DNA of 64,000 nucleotides from an uncultured Chloroflexia bacterium (GCA_963819655.1 CAWFXA010000001.1:1-64000); one strand, 5' to 3'. Positions 49,259 to 58,939 are shown, counted from the first letter of the stretch. Notes: generated by a model from the letters alone, not told the origin. Translations and numbers: made by a program.

Positions 49259-50257
49259 TCAGGCCCGCAGCTCGGCTGGGGTGAGCGCGATGTCGGCAAG
49301 CGTCCCGTCGCGCTCCAGGGTCACGTCGATGGACCGACCCACGAGGTCGCCGACGAGCGATCGCTGGAGGTCGCCGACTCCGGCGATCGGCCGCCCGTCC
49401 AGCGAGACGATGATGTCGCCGGCCCGGACGCCGGCCGCTGCGGCGGGACTGCCGTCGAGCAGCTGGACGACCTCGAGCCCGGCGGTCCGGCCAAGGCGCG
49501 TCGCCAGCGTCGGCGGCAGCCGGCGCGTCCCACCGACGATCCCCAGGTAGGCCCGACGGACCCGTCCGTCACGCATCAGGGCGGCGAGGATCAGCCGGGT
49601 CGCGGCGTCGATCGGCACGGCCAGCCCGAGCCCGACACCGGCGACTGCGGTGTTGATGCCTACGACCCGACCGCGGACGTCGGCCAGCGCACCGCCGGAG
49701 TTTCCGGGGTTCAGCGCCGCATCGGTTTGGATGACATTCTCGACCAGGCGGGTCGCCTGGCCGCCCCGGGCCGCCAGCGAGCGGCCGAGCGCGCTGACCA
49801 CGCCGGCCGTCACGGACCCGGCGAAGCCGAGCGGATTGCCGACCGCGACGACCAGCTGGCCGACCCGAAGGCGGGTGGCGTCACCGAACGGTGCGGCGGC
49901 GAGATCCGAGCCCGCCGCCCGGACGACGGCCAGATCCGAGAGCGCGTCGCGCCCGACGACCTCGAACCCCAGCTCGTCGCCGTCGACGAACGTGGCAGTT
50001 CCCCGTTCCGCGCCGGCGACGACATGGGCGTTGGTCACGAGGAACCCGTCCGGCGTGAACGCCACGGCCGAGCCATTGCCGCCACCCCAGCCTCCGTTCC
50101 GGCGCTCGACGCGAAGGCTCGCGACCGACGGGATCAGCCGAGCGGCGGCGGTGGTGACGGCCGACGAGTAGGCGTCCAGGGCCTCCTCCTCGATCGCCTC
50201 GGTGAGGACGTCATCGGCCGCATCGTCCTGCGGCCCGATCTCGCGCAGGGCGACCAT
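49259..50257 (-). CDS. S1C (HtrA-like) serine protease with PDZ, no signal peptide
   Basis: TNAHV, SDLAV, QTDAALNPGNSGG, PDZ. Confidence 0.92.
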   Translation of the reverse strand: MVALREIGPQDDAADDVLTEAIEEEALDAYSSAVTTAAARLIPSVASLRVERRNGGWGGGNGSAVAFTPDGFLVTNAHVVAGAERGTATFVDGDELGFEVVGRDALSDLAVVRAAGSDLAAAPFGDATRLRVGQLVVAVGNPLGFAGSVTAGVVSALGRSLAARGGQATRLVENVIQTDAALNPGNSGGALADVRGRVVGINTAVAGVGLGLAVPIDAATRLILAALMRDGRVRRAYLGIVGGTRRLPPTLATRLGRTAGLEVVQLLDGSPAAAAGVRAGDIIVSLDGRPIAGVGDLQRSLVGDLVGRSIDVTLERDGTLADIALTPAELRA

Positions 50258-50261
50258 CCGA

Positions 50262-51158
50262 TCAGGCCTCCCCGGCGGCATCGGTGGTGCCGCCAACGCT
50301 CACGCTGCGCTCTTCGTCGCCACGAACGATCTTCAGCTCGATGGGCATCCCCGCCTCGGCCAGGATCGCCGGCAGGCTGTCCGCGTCGACCAACGGCCGG
50401 CCGGCCGCCTCGACGAGCAGGTCGCCCTCACGGATCCCGGCACGGTCGGCCGGGCTGCCCTCCTCGACACCGCGGACGAGCAGGCCGTCGCGCTCGGCCA
50501 GCCCGACCGAGCGACGCAGGCGCCGGGCGACGATCGACGGCGCGACCGCGATGCCCAGCCGCGGCCGGCTGACCGACTCGCCGCGCGCGAGCGCATCGAC
50601 CCGCTGGCGGAACGCGGCGTCCGCCGGGCGGGCCAGGTAGAAGCCCTCGCCGATCCGATTCGTGTTGAGCGCGAGGAGCTGGCCGCCGCCGTCGACAAGC
50701 GGCCCCCCGGACGAGCCCGACGCCAGCGGCGCGGTGTGCTCGAGGCTGCCACCGATCCGGCCGCCACCGGGCCCCCGGAACGTCTGCTCGATGGCGGAGA
50801 TCGTGCCGGCGGTGACGCGTGCGGCACCGGCGCCGGTCGAGGCGAGGCCGAAGACGACGTCGCCGATCGTGGCCTCGGCGTCGGACCACGGAAGGGCCAC
50901 GGCGCCGGTCGTCGCGACTTCGATCACCGCGAGATCGCCGTCGGGATCGACGCCGAGCACCTTGCCGCGCTCGCTCCGGCCGTCGCGGAAGGTGACGGTG
51001 ACCTCGTCGCCGCGGAGGTTGTGGGCATTGGTCAGGACGCGACCGTCGGCGATGACGACGCCGCTGCCGCGGTTGCCCTGGCCGATCCCGACCACGGCCG
51101 GGCCTGCTGACTCGTGCACGCGGCGGATCGCGCTGGAAAGGTCGTCGAGGATGGACAT
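50262..51158 (-). CDS. S1C (HtrA-like) serine protease with PDZ, divergent, no signal peptide
   Basis: TNAHN, DLAV, GSSGGPL, PDZ. Confidence 0.88.
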   Translation of the reverse strand: MSILDDLSSAIRRVHESAGPAVVGIGQGNRGSGVVIADGRVLTNAHNLRGDEVTVTFRDGRSERGKVLGVDPDGDLAVIEVATTGAVALPWSDAEATIGDVVFGLASTGAGAARVTAGTISAIEQTFRGPGGGRIGGSLEHTAPLASGSSGGPLVDGGGQLLALNTNRIGEGFYLARPADAAFRQRVDALARGESVSRPRLGIAVAPSIVARRLRRSVGLAERDGLLVRGVEEGSPADRAGIREGDLLVEAAGRPLVDADSLPAILAEAGMPIELKIVRGDEERSVSVGGTTDAAGEA

Positions 51159-51242
51159 CGTGGATCTGGTCTCCGGCTGAGGGTGATGGCCCGACGTTCC
51201 GAGGGCCGCCGCGGCGAGTGTCGCGATCCGGATGCCTCGGGT

Positions 51243-51279
51243 GTCAGTTGTGAGTTGCAATTCGCAACATACTACTGAC
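51243..51279. promoter_or_regulatory. Inverted-repeat operator
   Basis: GTCAGT...GTTGC-AATTC-GCAAC...ACTGAC in divergent intergenic. Confidence 0.55.
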
Positions 51280-51307
51280 CCGTCGCCGATGCAAGTCCCG
51301 GAGTAGG

Positions 51308-51760
51308 ATGGCCGGCGTGACCGATCCCGCCATCGCGCCTCCGCGCCCGACCGCCCTCGAGGCGGCGCTGGATCTCGTGGGCGACCGCTGGTCCCTGCTG
51401 ATCGTGGATGCTCTCCTGGATGGGCCGCGCCGGTTCGGCGAGGTCCGCGACGCCCTGCCGGGCATCGCCCCGAACATCCTGACCGACCGCCTCCGTCGCC
51501 TCGAGCGGGAGCGGATCCTCGTGTCCACGGCCTACTCGACGCGACCACCGCGGATGGAGTACCGGCTGACCGGCGACGGCCGCGACCTGGCGTCGGCGCT
51601 CCGGCTCCTCGCGGACTGGGGGAGCCGGCGGACGGGAGGCGAGCCGCTCCGCCACGATCGCTGCGGCACGCCGATCGAAGCCCGCTGGTTCTGTCCGACG
51701 TGCGCCGTCGCAGTCGTGGACGCCGAGATCAGCGGCGGCGAGCAGATCCGGGACGTCTGA
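51308..51760 (+). CDS. HxlR-family winged-helix regulator with C-terminal Cys motif
   Basis: GDRWSLLIV, RRF.E, L..RL..L, EYRLT..G; HDRCG...CPTC. Confidence 0.88.
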   Translation: MAGVTDPAIAPPRPTALEAALDLVGDRWSLLIVDALLDGPRRFGEVRDALPGIAPNILTDRLRRLERERILVSTAYSTRPPRMEYRLTGDGRDLASALRLLADWGSRRTGGEPLRHDRCGTPIEARWFCPTCAVAVVDAEISGGEQIRDV

Positions 51761-51778
51761 GGGACATTCGGTCGGTCG

Positions 51779-54499
51779 CTATCGCAACTTGTTCGCCAGC
51801 TGTGTCCGCGATGTCACATCCAGCTTTCGGAACGCCTTGCGCAGGTGGTATTCCACGGTGCTCGGGCTGATGAAGAGCTGCGTGGCGATCTCACGGTTCG
51901 TGTTGCCCTCGGCCGCGAGGCGTGAGATCTGCGACTCCTGTGGCGTGAGCTGATCGACCGTGTCGACGGTCCGCTTGCGGGCCTGCTCGCCCGTCGCCTC
52001 GAGTTCGATCCGTGAGCGCTCTGCGAAGGCATCCATCCCAAAGTCCGTGAAGAGCTCGTAGGCAGCCCGTAGCTCGTTCCGCGCGTCGATCCGCCGGGCC
52101 TCGCGCCGAAGCCACTCCCCGTAGACCAGGTGCGCGCGGGCGAGGTCTAGTCGAAGTCGCGTCGGCTCCAGTCGCTCGATCGCCTCCCGGTAGAGTGGCT
52201 CGGCCGCGTCACCCTGAGCGAGCAGGGCCCGTGATCGGGCCTCGACTCCGAGCGCCCATGGCGTCCCGCTCGCGCTCGTCGATGCGCACAGGGATTCGAG
52301 AGCTACCGCGCCTCGCTCCGGACGATCACTCCGAGCTGCCGCTTCGACCAGCTCGACGGTTGCATACGTGGAGAACCAGATCTCACCTGGGATCCTGGTC
52401 GCCTCCACGGCTGCGTCGAACGCATCGTCGTAGCGTCCGAGGCCGTTGTTCAGCACGGCGGTCACCCAGTTCGTTGCGGTAACGCCCAGCCCCTCGCCCC
52501 GAGTCAGGAAGTCATCGGTGACGACCGGGACCAGCCTGGTCAGCTCGTCCTCCCGTCCGCGGTGGGCCGCGAGCGCGAGTGCGCCGTAGAGAGGGCCGAT
52601 GCCATCGCCCGTGGCCCGGGCGAGCGCATCTGCCTCCTCGACCAGCGACGCCGCCGCTTTCGTCTCGCCGGCGAAAAGGTGGACCCCGACGCGCGTGGTG
52701 AGCGCAAGCGGCAGTTCCGCGAGCATCCCAGCTTCTCGGGCGGCTCGGATGTGGTGAGCTGTGAGCTTGTCCCATCCCTCGTATTCCCAGATGAATCCAG
52801 CTGCCCGACCGGCCAACCACCGCCACCGCAAGGCCTCGGCTGGTTCGACGTCGCGGCGTGCGAAGGCCGCCAGCGCCTGCCGCAGCGCCGGCGTTCCGGC
52901 CGCTGGCCCATGGGCGATCAGCGTCGCCAGCCCGTCGAGGAGCAAGTCGACCGGGCGTGGTGCTGCTGCCGGGGGCGCGTCGAGCGCTGCCCGGGCCACC
53001 TGCCCGGAGTCGGCGGCCCTTGCGAGTCGACCCGTGAACAGCGCCGCGGTCAGCGCGTCGAGGTACGTCTCGCGCGCCAGCAGGACGTCCAGCGATTCGA
53101 GTCGGCGAGCCGCGGCGAGCAGCAACGGCGGCGCGTCGCTCCCGCGGTTGGTGGCGAACGCGATCCGCGCCCGAAGGACCTCTGCCTGGGCCCGCTGGAA
53201 GTCGTCGAGCGGGCCGACCTCGGCAGTCTCGACGAGGGCGACGGCGTCGTCGACCGCCCCCGACTGGAGCTTCGCCTGTGCGGCAGCCAGCGCCCTTCCG
53301 GCACGTTTCGCGGGCTCGACGCTCAACTCGGCCGAACGCTGGAGGAAGGCGGCGGCCGCGGCGAACCCGCCGCGTGCCTGGGCTCGCGCCGCTGAACGCT
53401 CCAGGTCGGCGCCGACGTCCTCGTCGGGCATGACTGCTGCCTGTGCGCGGTGCCATGCGCGCCGATCCGGATCGGTCTCGGGATCCGTCGCTGCGGCGAG
53501 TGCCCGATGGACGTCTGTCCGCTCGTCCGAGCCGGCCGACCGGTACACGGCGGAGCGTACAAGCGGGTGCCGGAAGGCCACGCCCGGCCGGAATGCGATC
53601 AGACCGTTCGATTCCGCCGCGAAGGCCGCGGACTCCGGGATCCCGAGCCTCTCGGCGGCCCGCCACACGAGCGCGGCGTCCCCGGTTGGATCGCATGCCG
53701 CGATGAGGACAAGGAGGCGCGAGTCGCGCGGGAGGGCAGCGACTCGCCGCAGGAAGCTCTCTTCGATCCCGGCGTGCAGGGGCGCGGCCGCCAGAACGCC
53801 GAAGCCGCCCGCGAGCTGTGACGCTGTCAGGCCGCGTGGCAGCTCGACCAGCGCCAGGGGATTGCCGCGTGTCTCGACGACGAGCCGCTCGAGCACCTGG
53901 TCGTCCAGAGGAGCGGACAGGACCGACTCGAGGAGTGTCCGGGCGTCGCGATGACCGAGTGGGTCGACATGGACCTCGGGCAATCCCCGGATCGCCTCAC
54001 TCGTGTCCCGCGTCGCGAACACGATCGCGATCCGCTCGACCGCCAGGCGGCGAGCCGCGAACCCGAGTGCCTGCGCGGATGCCCGATCCAGCCACTGGGC
54101 GTCGTCGATCACGCACAGGAGGCCGCGCTCCTGAGCGGCCTCCGACAGGAGTCCAAGAACCGCGAGCGCCACGAGAAACGGATTCGGCGCCGGCCCCGGG
54201 CTCAGCCCGAACGCGATATCGAGCGCGTCGCGCTGGGGACGCGGCAGGCGCTCGCCGAGCGGAAGGATCGGCGCGCAGAGCTGCTGAACCGCGGCGAACG
54301 GGAGCTCCATCTCACCCTCGACCCCGGCGCTGCGCACGATTCGCAGCGTCGTGGCCTTCTCGACCGCGTCCTCCAACAGCGCCGTCTTGCCGACGCCGGG
54401 CTCGCCATGGACGACGAGGGCGCCGCCGTAACCGTCGCGGGCAGCCTCCACCAGCCGGTCAAGGGCCGCTCGCTCGCGTTCCCGGCCCAGCAACTGCAC
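51779..54499 (-). CDS. Large AAA-ATPase/LuxR-HTH transcriptional regulator 3
   Basis: GEPGVGKT, DDAQWLD, GNPLALVEL, LTPQE..I..LAA.G.TNREIA..LFIS..TVEYHL. Confidence 0.93.
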   Translation of the reverse strand: MQLLGRERERAALDRLVEAARDGYGGALVVHGEPGVGKTALLEDAVEKATTLRIVRSAGVEGEMELPFAAVQQLCAPILPLGERLPRPQRDALDIAFGLSPGPAPNPFLVALAVLGLLSEAAQERGLLCVIDDAQWLDRASAQALGFAARRLAVERIAIVFATRDTSEAIRGLPEVHVDPLGHRDARTLLESVLSAPLDDQVLERLVVETRGNPLALVELPRGLTASQLAGGFGVLAAAPLHAGIEESFLRRVAALPRDSRLLVLIAACDPTGDAALVWRAAERLGIPESAAFAAESNGLIAFRPGVAFRHPLVRSAVYRSAGSDERTDVHRALAAATDPETDPDRRAWHRAQAAVMPDEDVGADLERSAARAQARGGFAAAAAFLQRSAELSVEPAKRAGRALAAAQAKLQSGAVDDAVALVETAEVGPLDDFQRAQAEVLRARIAFATNRGSDAPPLLLAAARRLESLDVLLARETYLDALTAALFTGRLARAADSGQVARAALDAPPAAAPRPVDLLLDGLATLIAHGPAAGTPALRQALAAFARRDVEPAEALRWRWLAGRAAGFIWEYEGWDKLTAHHIRAAREAGMLAELPLALTTRVGVHLFAGETKAAASLVEEADALARATGDGIGPLYGALALAAHRGREDELTRLVPVVTDDFLTRGEGLGVTATNWVTAVLNNGLGRYDDAFDAAVEATRIPGEIWFSTYATVELVEAAARSDRPERGAVALESLCASTSASGTPWALGVEARSRALLAQGDAAEPLYREAIERLEPTRLRLDLARAHLVYGEWLRREARRIDARNELRAAYELFTDFGMDAFAERSRIELEATGEQARKRTVDTVDQLTPQESQISRLAAEGNTNREIATQLFISPSTVEYHLRKAFRKLDVTSRTQLANKLR

Positions 54500-54567
54500 C
54501 CGCCGTTACCTCCTAACGCGTCAACGCAGGACTCCTCGTCGCGCTCAGCATGCCACTGGGGTCGCGA

Positions 54568-54613
54568 ACTACGGAGTTCCGGGATGCGATTGCTCCTTGT
54601 TGGCCACGACGAT
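54568..54613 (+). promoter_or_regulatory. Putative activator box (dialect B) plus -10
   Basis: ACTACGGAGTTCCGGGATGCGA-N18-GACGAT, divergent from AAA-LuxR 3. Confidence 0.58.
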
Positions 54614-54650
54614 GCCGTCGAAACCAACCCCACTGGAAGGACCGCTCATC

Positions 54651-55094
54651 ATGGTCGAGTCACTCACCACGAACCAGCGCGAGGCCGTTGCCCGGCGGTA
54701 CGTCGCTGAAGTCTTCACCGGTAGCAACGCGGAACGCGCCCGCGACTACTTCACGGCCGACATCGCCTGGCACGGCGGCGCACTCGGAACCATCACGGGC
54801 GTCGACACCGTTGTCCCGGTCCTCGGCGGCTTCATCGGCGCCCTGTCGGACATCGAGGCAACCGTGCAGGACGCGATCGCGAGCGACGATCTGGTCGCCC
54901 TGCGCCTCGTCGTGACGGCGACCCACACGGGCAATCTGCTCGGCGTCCCGGCGACCGGACGCCCGGTCCGATGGGACGCCGTCGATATCTACCGGGTCAC
55001 GGACGACGGACGGATCAGCGAGCAGTGGGCTTTCGAGGACCTGGCCGCGATCCTCAGCCAGGTGGGCGCGATCGCCCTGCCGTGGGCCGGCTGA
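54651..55094 (+). CDS. SnoaL-like ester cyclase
   Basis: DLVA.R...ATHTG.LLGVPATGR.V.W...DGRI.E.W. Confidence 0.88.
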   Translation: MVESLTTNQREAVARRYVAEVFTGSNAERARDYFTADIAWHGGALGTITGVDTVVPVLGGFIGALSDIEATVQDAIASDDLVALRLVVTATHTGNLLGVPATGRPVRWDAVDIYRVTDDGRISEQWAFEDLAAILSQVGAIALPWAG

Positions 55095-55158
55095 CCTCGA
55101 ACGAGCCATCGCGATCACGACGCGTCCGGAATGGCCGTCTGCAGCAAGGGAGCATGAC

Positions 55159-56139
55159 ATGAGCGCAACGTCACCAACCGAAACCTCCACCCCGAGCCTC
55201 CCCGATTACGCCCCGATCCCGGCATCCGCCTTCGGCCCGGCCCCGAACGAGCAGGGCTACTACGTCGGACGGATCGAGCGGAACCTCCACTGGGTCACCG
55301 ATGGCGTCTACCAGGCCGCCTTCCTGACGACCAAGGACGGCGTCGTCCTGTTCGACGCCCCGCCGAGCATCGGGCACAACCTCCAGCGCGCGATCGACGA
55401 GGTCGCCCGAGCCGACGGCGTCAGCAACACGGTGACGTACCTCGTCCACACGCACCACCACGCGGACCACGCCGGCGCGTCGTCGCTGTTCGGCAAGGAC
55501 GTCGTGCGCATCGGCCACGAGGAGACGCGGCGGCTGCTGCTCCGCGACGACGACCCGAACCGGCCGGCGCCGGAGGAGACGTTCAGCGATCGGCGGACGC
55601 TGGACATCGGCGGCGAGCGGATCGAGCTCGCGTGGCACGGCGCCAACCACACGCCCGACAACAGCGTCATCCACTTTCCCGAGCACGACACGCTGATGAT
55701 GGTCGACATCGTGAACGTGGGCTGGGTGCCGGTGTACGTCGTCAACCTGTCCGACGACATCCCGGGCTACCTGGCGATGCCGGCCACGGCGTTGACCTAC
55801 CCGTGGACGACGCTCATCAGCGGCCACCTGGGCCGGCTCGGCACGCGCGACGACGTCGCCCTCCACCAGCAGTACATGACCGACCTCGAGGCCAGCGCGA
55901 AGACTGCCCTCGCCACCGTCGATCCGACGCCCTACTTCGCGAAGTACGGCGCGGTCGGCAACATGTGGGGCGCCGTCAAGGCCTACCTCAACGCGGTGGC
56001 CGAGGCGACGGCCGCGCCGGTCATCGAGAAGTACACGGGCGTGCTCGCAGCCGCGGACGTGTTCACCCCGGAGGTCGCGTTCTGGCTGATGGAGTCGATG
56101 CGCCTCAACCGCGGGATCGGCCTGCAGGTCCACCCGTGA
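55159..56139 (+). CDS. MBL-fold metallo-hydrolase
   Basis: HHHADH, NHTPD, SGH. Confidence 0.88.
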   Translation: MSATSPTETSTPSLPDYAPIPASAFGPAPNEQGYYVGRIERNLHWVTDGVYQAAFLTTKDGVVLFDAPPSIGHNLQRAIDEVARADGVSNTVTYLVHTHHHADHAGASSLFGKDVVRIGHEETRRLLLRDDDPNRPAPEETFSDRRTLDIGGERIELAWHGANHTPDNSVIHFPEHDTLMMVDIVNVGWVPVYVVNLSDDIPGYLAMPATALTYPWTTLISGHLGRLGTRDDVALHQQYMTDLEASAKTALATVDPTPYFAKYGAVGNMWGAVKAYLNAVAEATAAPVIEKYTGVLAAADVFTPEVAFWLMESMRLNRGIGLQVHP

Positions 56140-56169
56140 GCGCAGATCGGCTCTGTCACGATTGAGCTG

Positions 56170-56835
56170 ATGGAGACAAGGACAAGCGAGCCTGCGCCCG
56201 TCGATCCCGCCGCCCAGGCGTTCCTGCGTCAGGCCGATCCAGTCCTCGCCCGGATCATCGACGCGCGGCCGGACTTCCGTCCGCGCGCCTGGACGAAGGA
56301 CCTTCCCGCCCTCGACGCTTTCTCGACCCTGATCTTCCAGGTCATCGGGCAGCAGCTCTCGGTGAGCGCGACACGAACCATCCTCGGCCGCCTCGAGCAG
56401 CGCTTCGGCGGCCGACTGCCGACACCGGCAGAGATGCTCGCGGCGGATCCTGATGCGGTTCGATCGAGCGGCCTGTCGGCGCGGAAGACGGCCACGTTGC
56501 GGGCGGTCGCGGAGCGCTTCGTCGATGGCCGATTGAGCGACGAAGCGTTGTCAGCCATGTCAGACGAGGACGTCGTCGCGACCCTGACCAGCATTCCGGG
56601 GATCGGGCCGTGGACGGCACATGGCTTCCTCCTCGTCGCCCTGAACCGACCCGACGTCTTCCTAACGGGCGATGTCGCACTCCGGCGGGCCATCGGGCGC
56701 GCCTACGCGTTCGATCATGTCCCGACGGACGACGAGATGCTCCAGCTAGCAGAACGCTGGCGACCGTATCGGAGTCTCGCGGTGAGCTACCTGTTCGCCT
56801 CCGAATACGACGAACCCACGGGTGCCGAAGCCTGA
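56170..56835 (+). CDS. DNA-3-methyladenine glycosylase II family (HhH-GPD)
   Basis: GQQLS, IPGIGPWTA, DV....D..LR, WRPYRS. Confidence 0.9.
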   Translation: METRTSEPAPVDPAAQAFLRQADPVLARIIDARPDFRPRAWTKDLPALDAFSTLIFQVIGQQLSVSATRTILGRLEQRFGGRLPTPAEMLAADPDAVRSSGLSARKTATLRAVAERFVDGRLSDEALSAMSDEDVVATLTSIPGIGPWTAHGFLLVALNRPDVFLTGDVALRRAIGRAYAFDHVPTDDEMLQLAERWRPYRSLAVSYLFASEYDEPTGAEA

Positions 56836-56899
56836 GCTGCATGCCAAACCCGACTCTGTGGGCCGTCGCCGCCGTTGGAACGAGGTGGTCCGCCTCGCT

Positions 56900-57472
56900 T
56901 CAGCGGAGCTGCGCCTTCAGCTCCGCCGCAGCCGATGCGAGGATCTCCCTCGAGAGGGCCTCGTCATTGACCGCTCGCGCCATCGACACCGCACCCACGA
57001 GCGTCGACAGCGCGGTGATCGCCGTTGCCCGACTCCGGTCGCTGGTTCCTGGTGGGAGCAGTCGCACCAGCATGTCGATGTAGACGCCGACCTGGTTGGT
57101 GTACGCGGCTCGCGCGCGCGGCGTGCTGCGGGTAACGTCGCCCGCGAGCGTCGTAACGGCGCAGCTCGTCCCGAGGTTGTCCCTGTGGGTGACGCTCAAG
57201 TACGCATCGATGACCGCCGCCAGTGGATCGCGGGGCGACTCGGCGACGGCCGCCATCGCCTCACCGCCGTCGTGGAGCGCGCGTTCGACCCCTTCTGCCA
57301 CGAGTTCGTCGCGCGACTGGAAGTGGCGGTAGAAGCCACCATGGGTCAAGCCGGCAGCGTGCATCAGTTCGGCCACGCCCACCCTGTCGACTCCTTCCTC
57401 GCGGAAGCGCGACGCAGCCACGCCGACGATCTTGTCGTGGTGCATGCGTTTGCTGGCACGCGAATGGCCCAT
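56900..57472 (-). CDS. TetR family regulator
   Basis: FREEG...VGVAELMHAAGLTHGGFYRHF.SRDEL. Confidence 0.92.
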   Translation of the reverse strand: MGHSRASKRMHHDKIVGVAASRFREEGVDRVGVAELMHAAGLTHGGFYRHFQSRDELVAEGVERALHDGGEAMAAVAESPRDPLAAVIDAYLSVTHRDNLGTSCAVTTLAGDVTRSTPRARAAYTNQVGVYIDMLVRLLPPGTSDRSRATAITALSTLVGAVSMARAVNDEALSREILASAAAELKAQLR

Positions 57473-57507
57473 GCGCTCTGCCCCTCTACCTGTTGTTTGA
57501 CAGCCGG

Positions 57508-57548
57508 GATGATGATCGTCATCCTCAATCTGGATGACGGGCGTCATC
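57508..57548. promoter_or_regulatory. Two palindromic TetR operators
   Basis: GATGATGATCGTCATC and GATGACGGGCGTCATC. Confidence 0.75.
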
Positions 57549-57624
57549 TGAGCATGTGCGCCCACCCACAGCGATCGGCGAACGCGAGGCACTTCGCCGG
57601 GCACTCGAGGACGGAGCCTGACAC

Positions 57625-58068
57625 ATGCCGATGATCGACGTCTACGCAGCAGCCGGCACCTTCGGCGACACGCACACGCTCGCGCGCGACCTCGCCACGG
57701 CCGTGATGACCGTCGAACAGGTGCCCGACATCCCGATGTTCCGCGACAACACTGCCGCGTTCGTCCACGAGCTTCCGCCCGCTGCGATTTCCAACGTCAA
57801 CGGCGACAGCACCTACGTCCGGGTCCAGGTGCTCACCAACGCCGGCGCACTCGACCGTGAGAAGCAGCTCGCGGTCGTCGCCCAGCTCACATCGATCGTG
57901 GCAGGCGCGGCCGGCGATCCATCGCTCGCCGACCGGACGTGGGTCCTTCTCACGGAAGCGCCCGAGGGTGGCTGGGGTCTGCACGGACACGCCAGCACGA
58001 ACGCCGAACTCGTCGCGGCGGCCCGGGCGCAGATGGCTGAACTCGGGGCGGCGGCGTCGAAGGCCTGA
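57625..58068 (+). CDS. Tautomerase family protein, copy 2
   Basis: MPMID; close paralog of 37231-37671. Confidence 0.82.
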   Translation: MPMIDVYAAAGTFGDTHTLARDLATAVMTVEQVPDIPMFRDNTAAFVHELPPAAISNVNGDSTYVRVQVLTNAGALDREKQLAVVAQLTSIVAGAAGDPSLADRTWVLLTEAPEGGWGLHGHASTNAELVAAARAQMAELGAAASKA

Positions 58069-58095
58069 CGAACCTCTGGGCCGGCTGAGCTATGA

Positions 58096-58124
58096 AGACC
58101 CCTCCGATCCGATCGGAGGGGTCT
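58096..58124. terminator. Hairpin between convergent genes
   Basis: AGACCCCTCCGAT...ATCGGAGGGGTCT. Confidence 0.75.
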
Positions 58125-58162
58125 CTGATTCGGCCGCGATCGTCGTGATCGCGCGGGATCGA

Positions 58163-58939
58163 TCAGCGCGGCGCGGACTTGAGCAAGCCGAGACTCGCGC
58201 CCTGCGGGTCGCTTACGATCGCGAATCGTCCGCCCGGGAAGTCCTGCGGCGGCAGCAGCTCGCTCGCGCCCGCATCGATGGCCTTCCGGAACGCGCTGTC
58301 CACGTCTTCGACCGCGAAGTACACCTGCCAGTAGCTGGGCACCTCAGCCGGGACCATGGGGTTCATCTCCCAGGCGCCGGCGACGCTCTGCCCGTCCAGC
58401 AGGAACTCGGTGTACGAGGGTTGCCCCTCGCCCATCTCGCTTGTCCTCGTCGTCCAGCCGAAGACGGACGAATAGAACGGGATGGCCTTCTCGATGCCGC
58501 GCGCATTGAGCTCGGCCCAATTGAAGGAATTCGGGGCGTCGGTCTGGAAGCCGCCCATCCTCGAGCCCTGCCAGGCCGAGATGTGCGCGCCAGACGGGTC
58601 CTGGAAGACCGCCATCCTGCCCTGGTCGCCCACGTCGAAGGGCGGAGCGACGACGGTCCCGCCGGCCGACTGCACGCGCTTCGCAAGCGCCTCGATGTCG
58701 TTGGTGCCGATATAGACACTCCAGGCCGTCGGCGTGTTCGGGGTCTGAGCCGGGCCGATCCCGGCGGCGTCGTTGTCGCCCAGCTTGGCCAGCGCGTAAC
58801 CGCCGTACTGAGGATCGGGATTGACCTCCACCCTCCAGCCGAAGACCTTGGAATAGAAGTCGCGCGAGGCCCCCGCGTCAGAGCTCGATAGGTCGACCCA
58901 GGCCGGCTTGTCGATGATCGTTGCCGTGGCGTGTGCCAT
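58163..58939 (-). CDS. Two-domain VOC protein (Rv0577-like)
   Basis: PAWVDL, GRMAVFQDPSGA, W.EL, GRFA...DPQGA. Confidence 0.9.
   Translation of the reverse strand: MAHATATIIDKPAWVDLSSSDAGASRDFYSKVFGWRVEVNPDPQYGGYALAKLGDNDAAGIGPAQTPNTPTAWSVYIGTNDIEALAKRVQSAGGTVVAPPFDVGDQGRMAVFQDPSGAHISAWQGSRMGGFQTDAPNSFNWAELNARGIEKAIPFYSSVFGWTTRTSEMGEGQPSYTEFLLDGQSVAGAWEMNPMVPAEVPSYWQVYFAVEDVDSAFRKAIDAGASELLPPQDFPGGRFAIVSDPQGASLGLLKSAPR

Noticed and set aside
12037-54499. AAA-LuxR proteins as anti-phage STAND (Avs-like) defence systems
   Set aside because: They have a C-terminal LuxR HTH, no N-terminal nuclease or other effector domain, and metabolic neighbours, all consistent with transcription factors.
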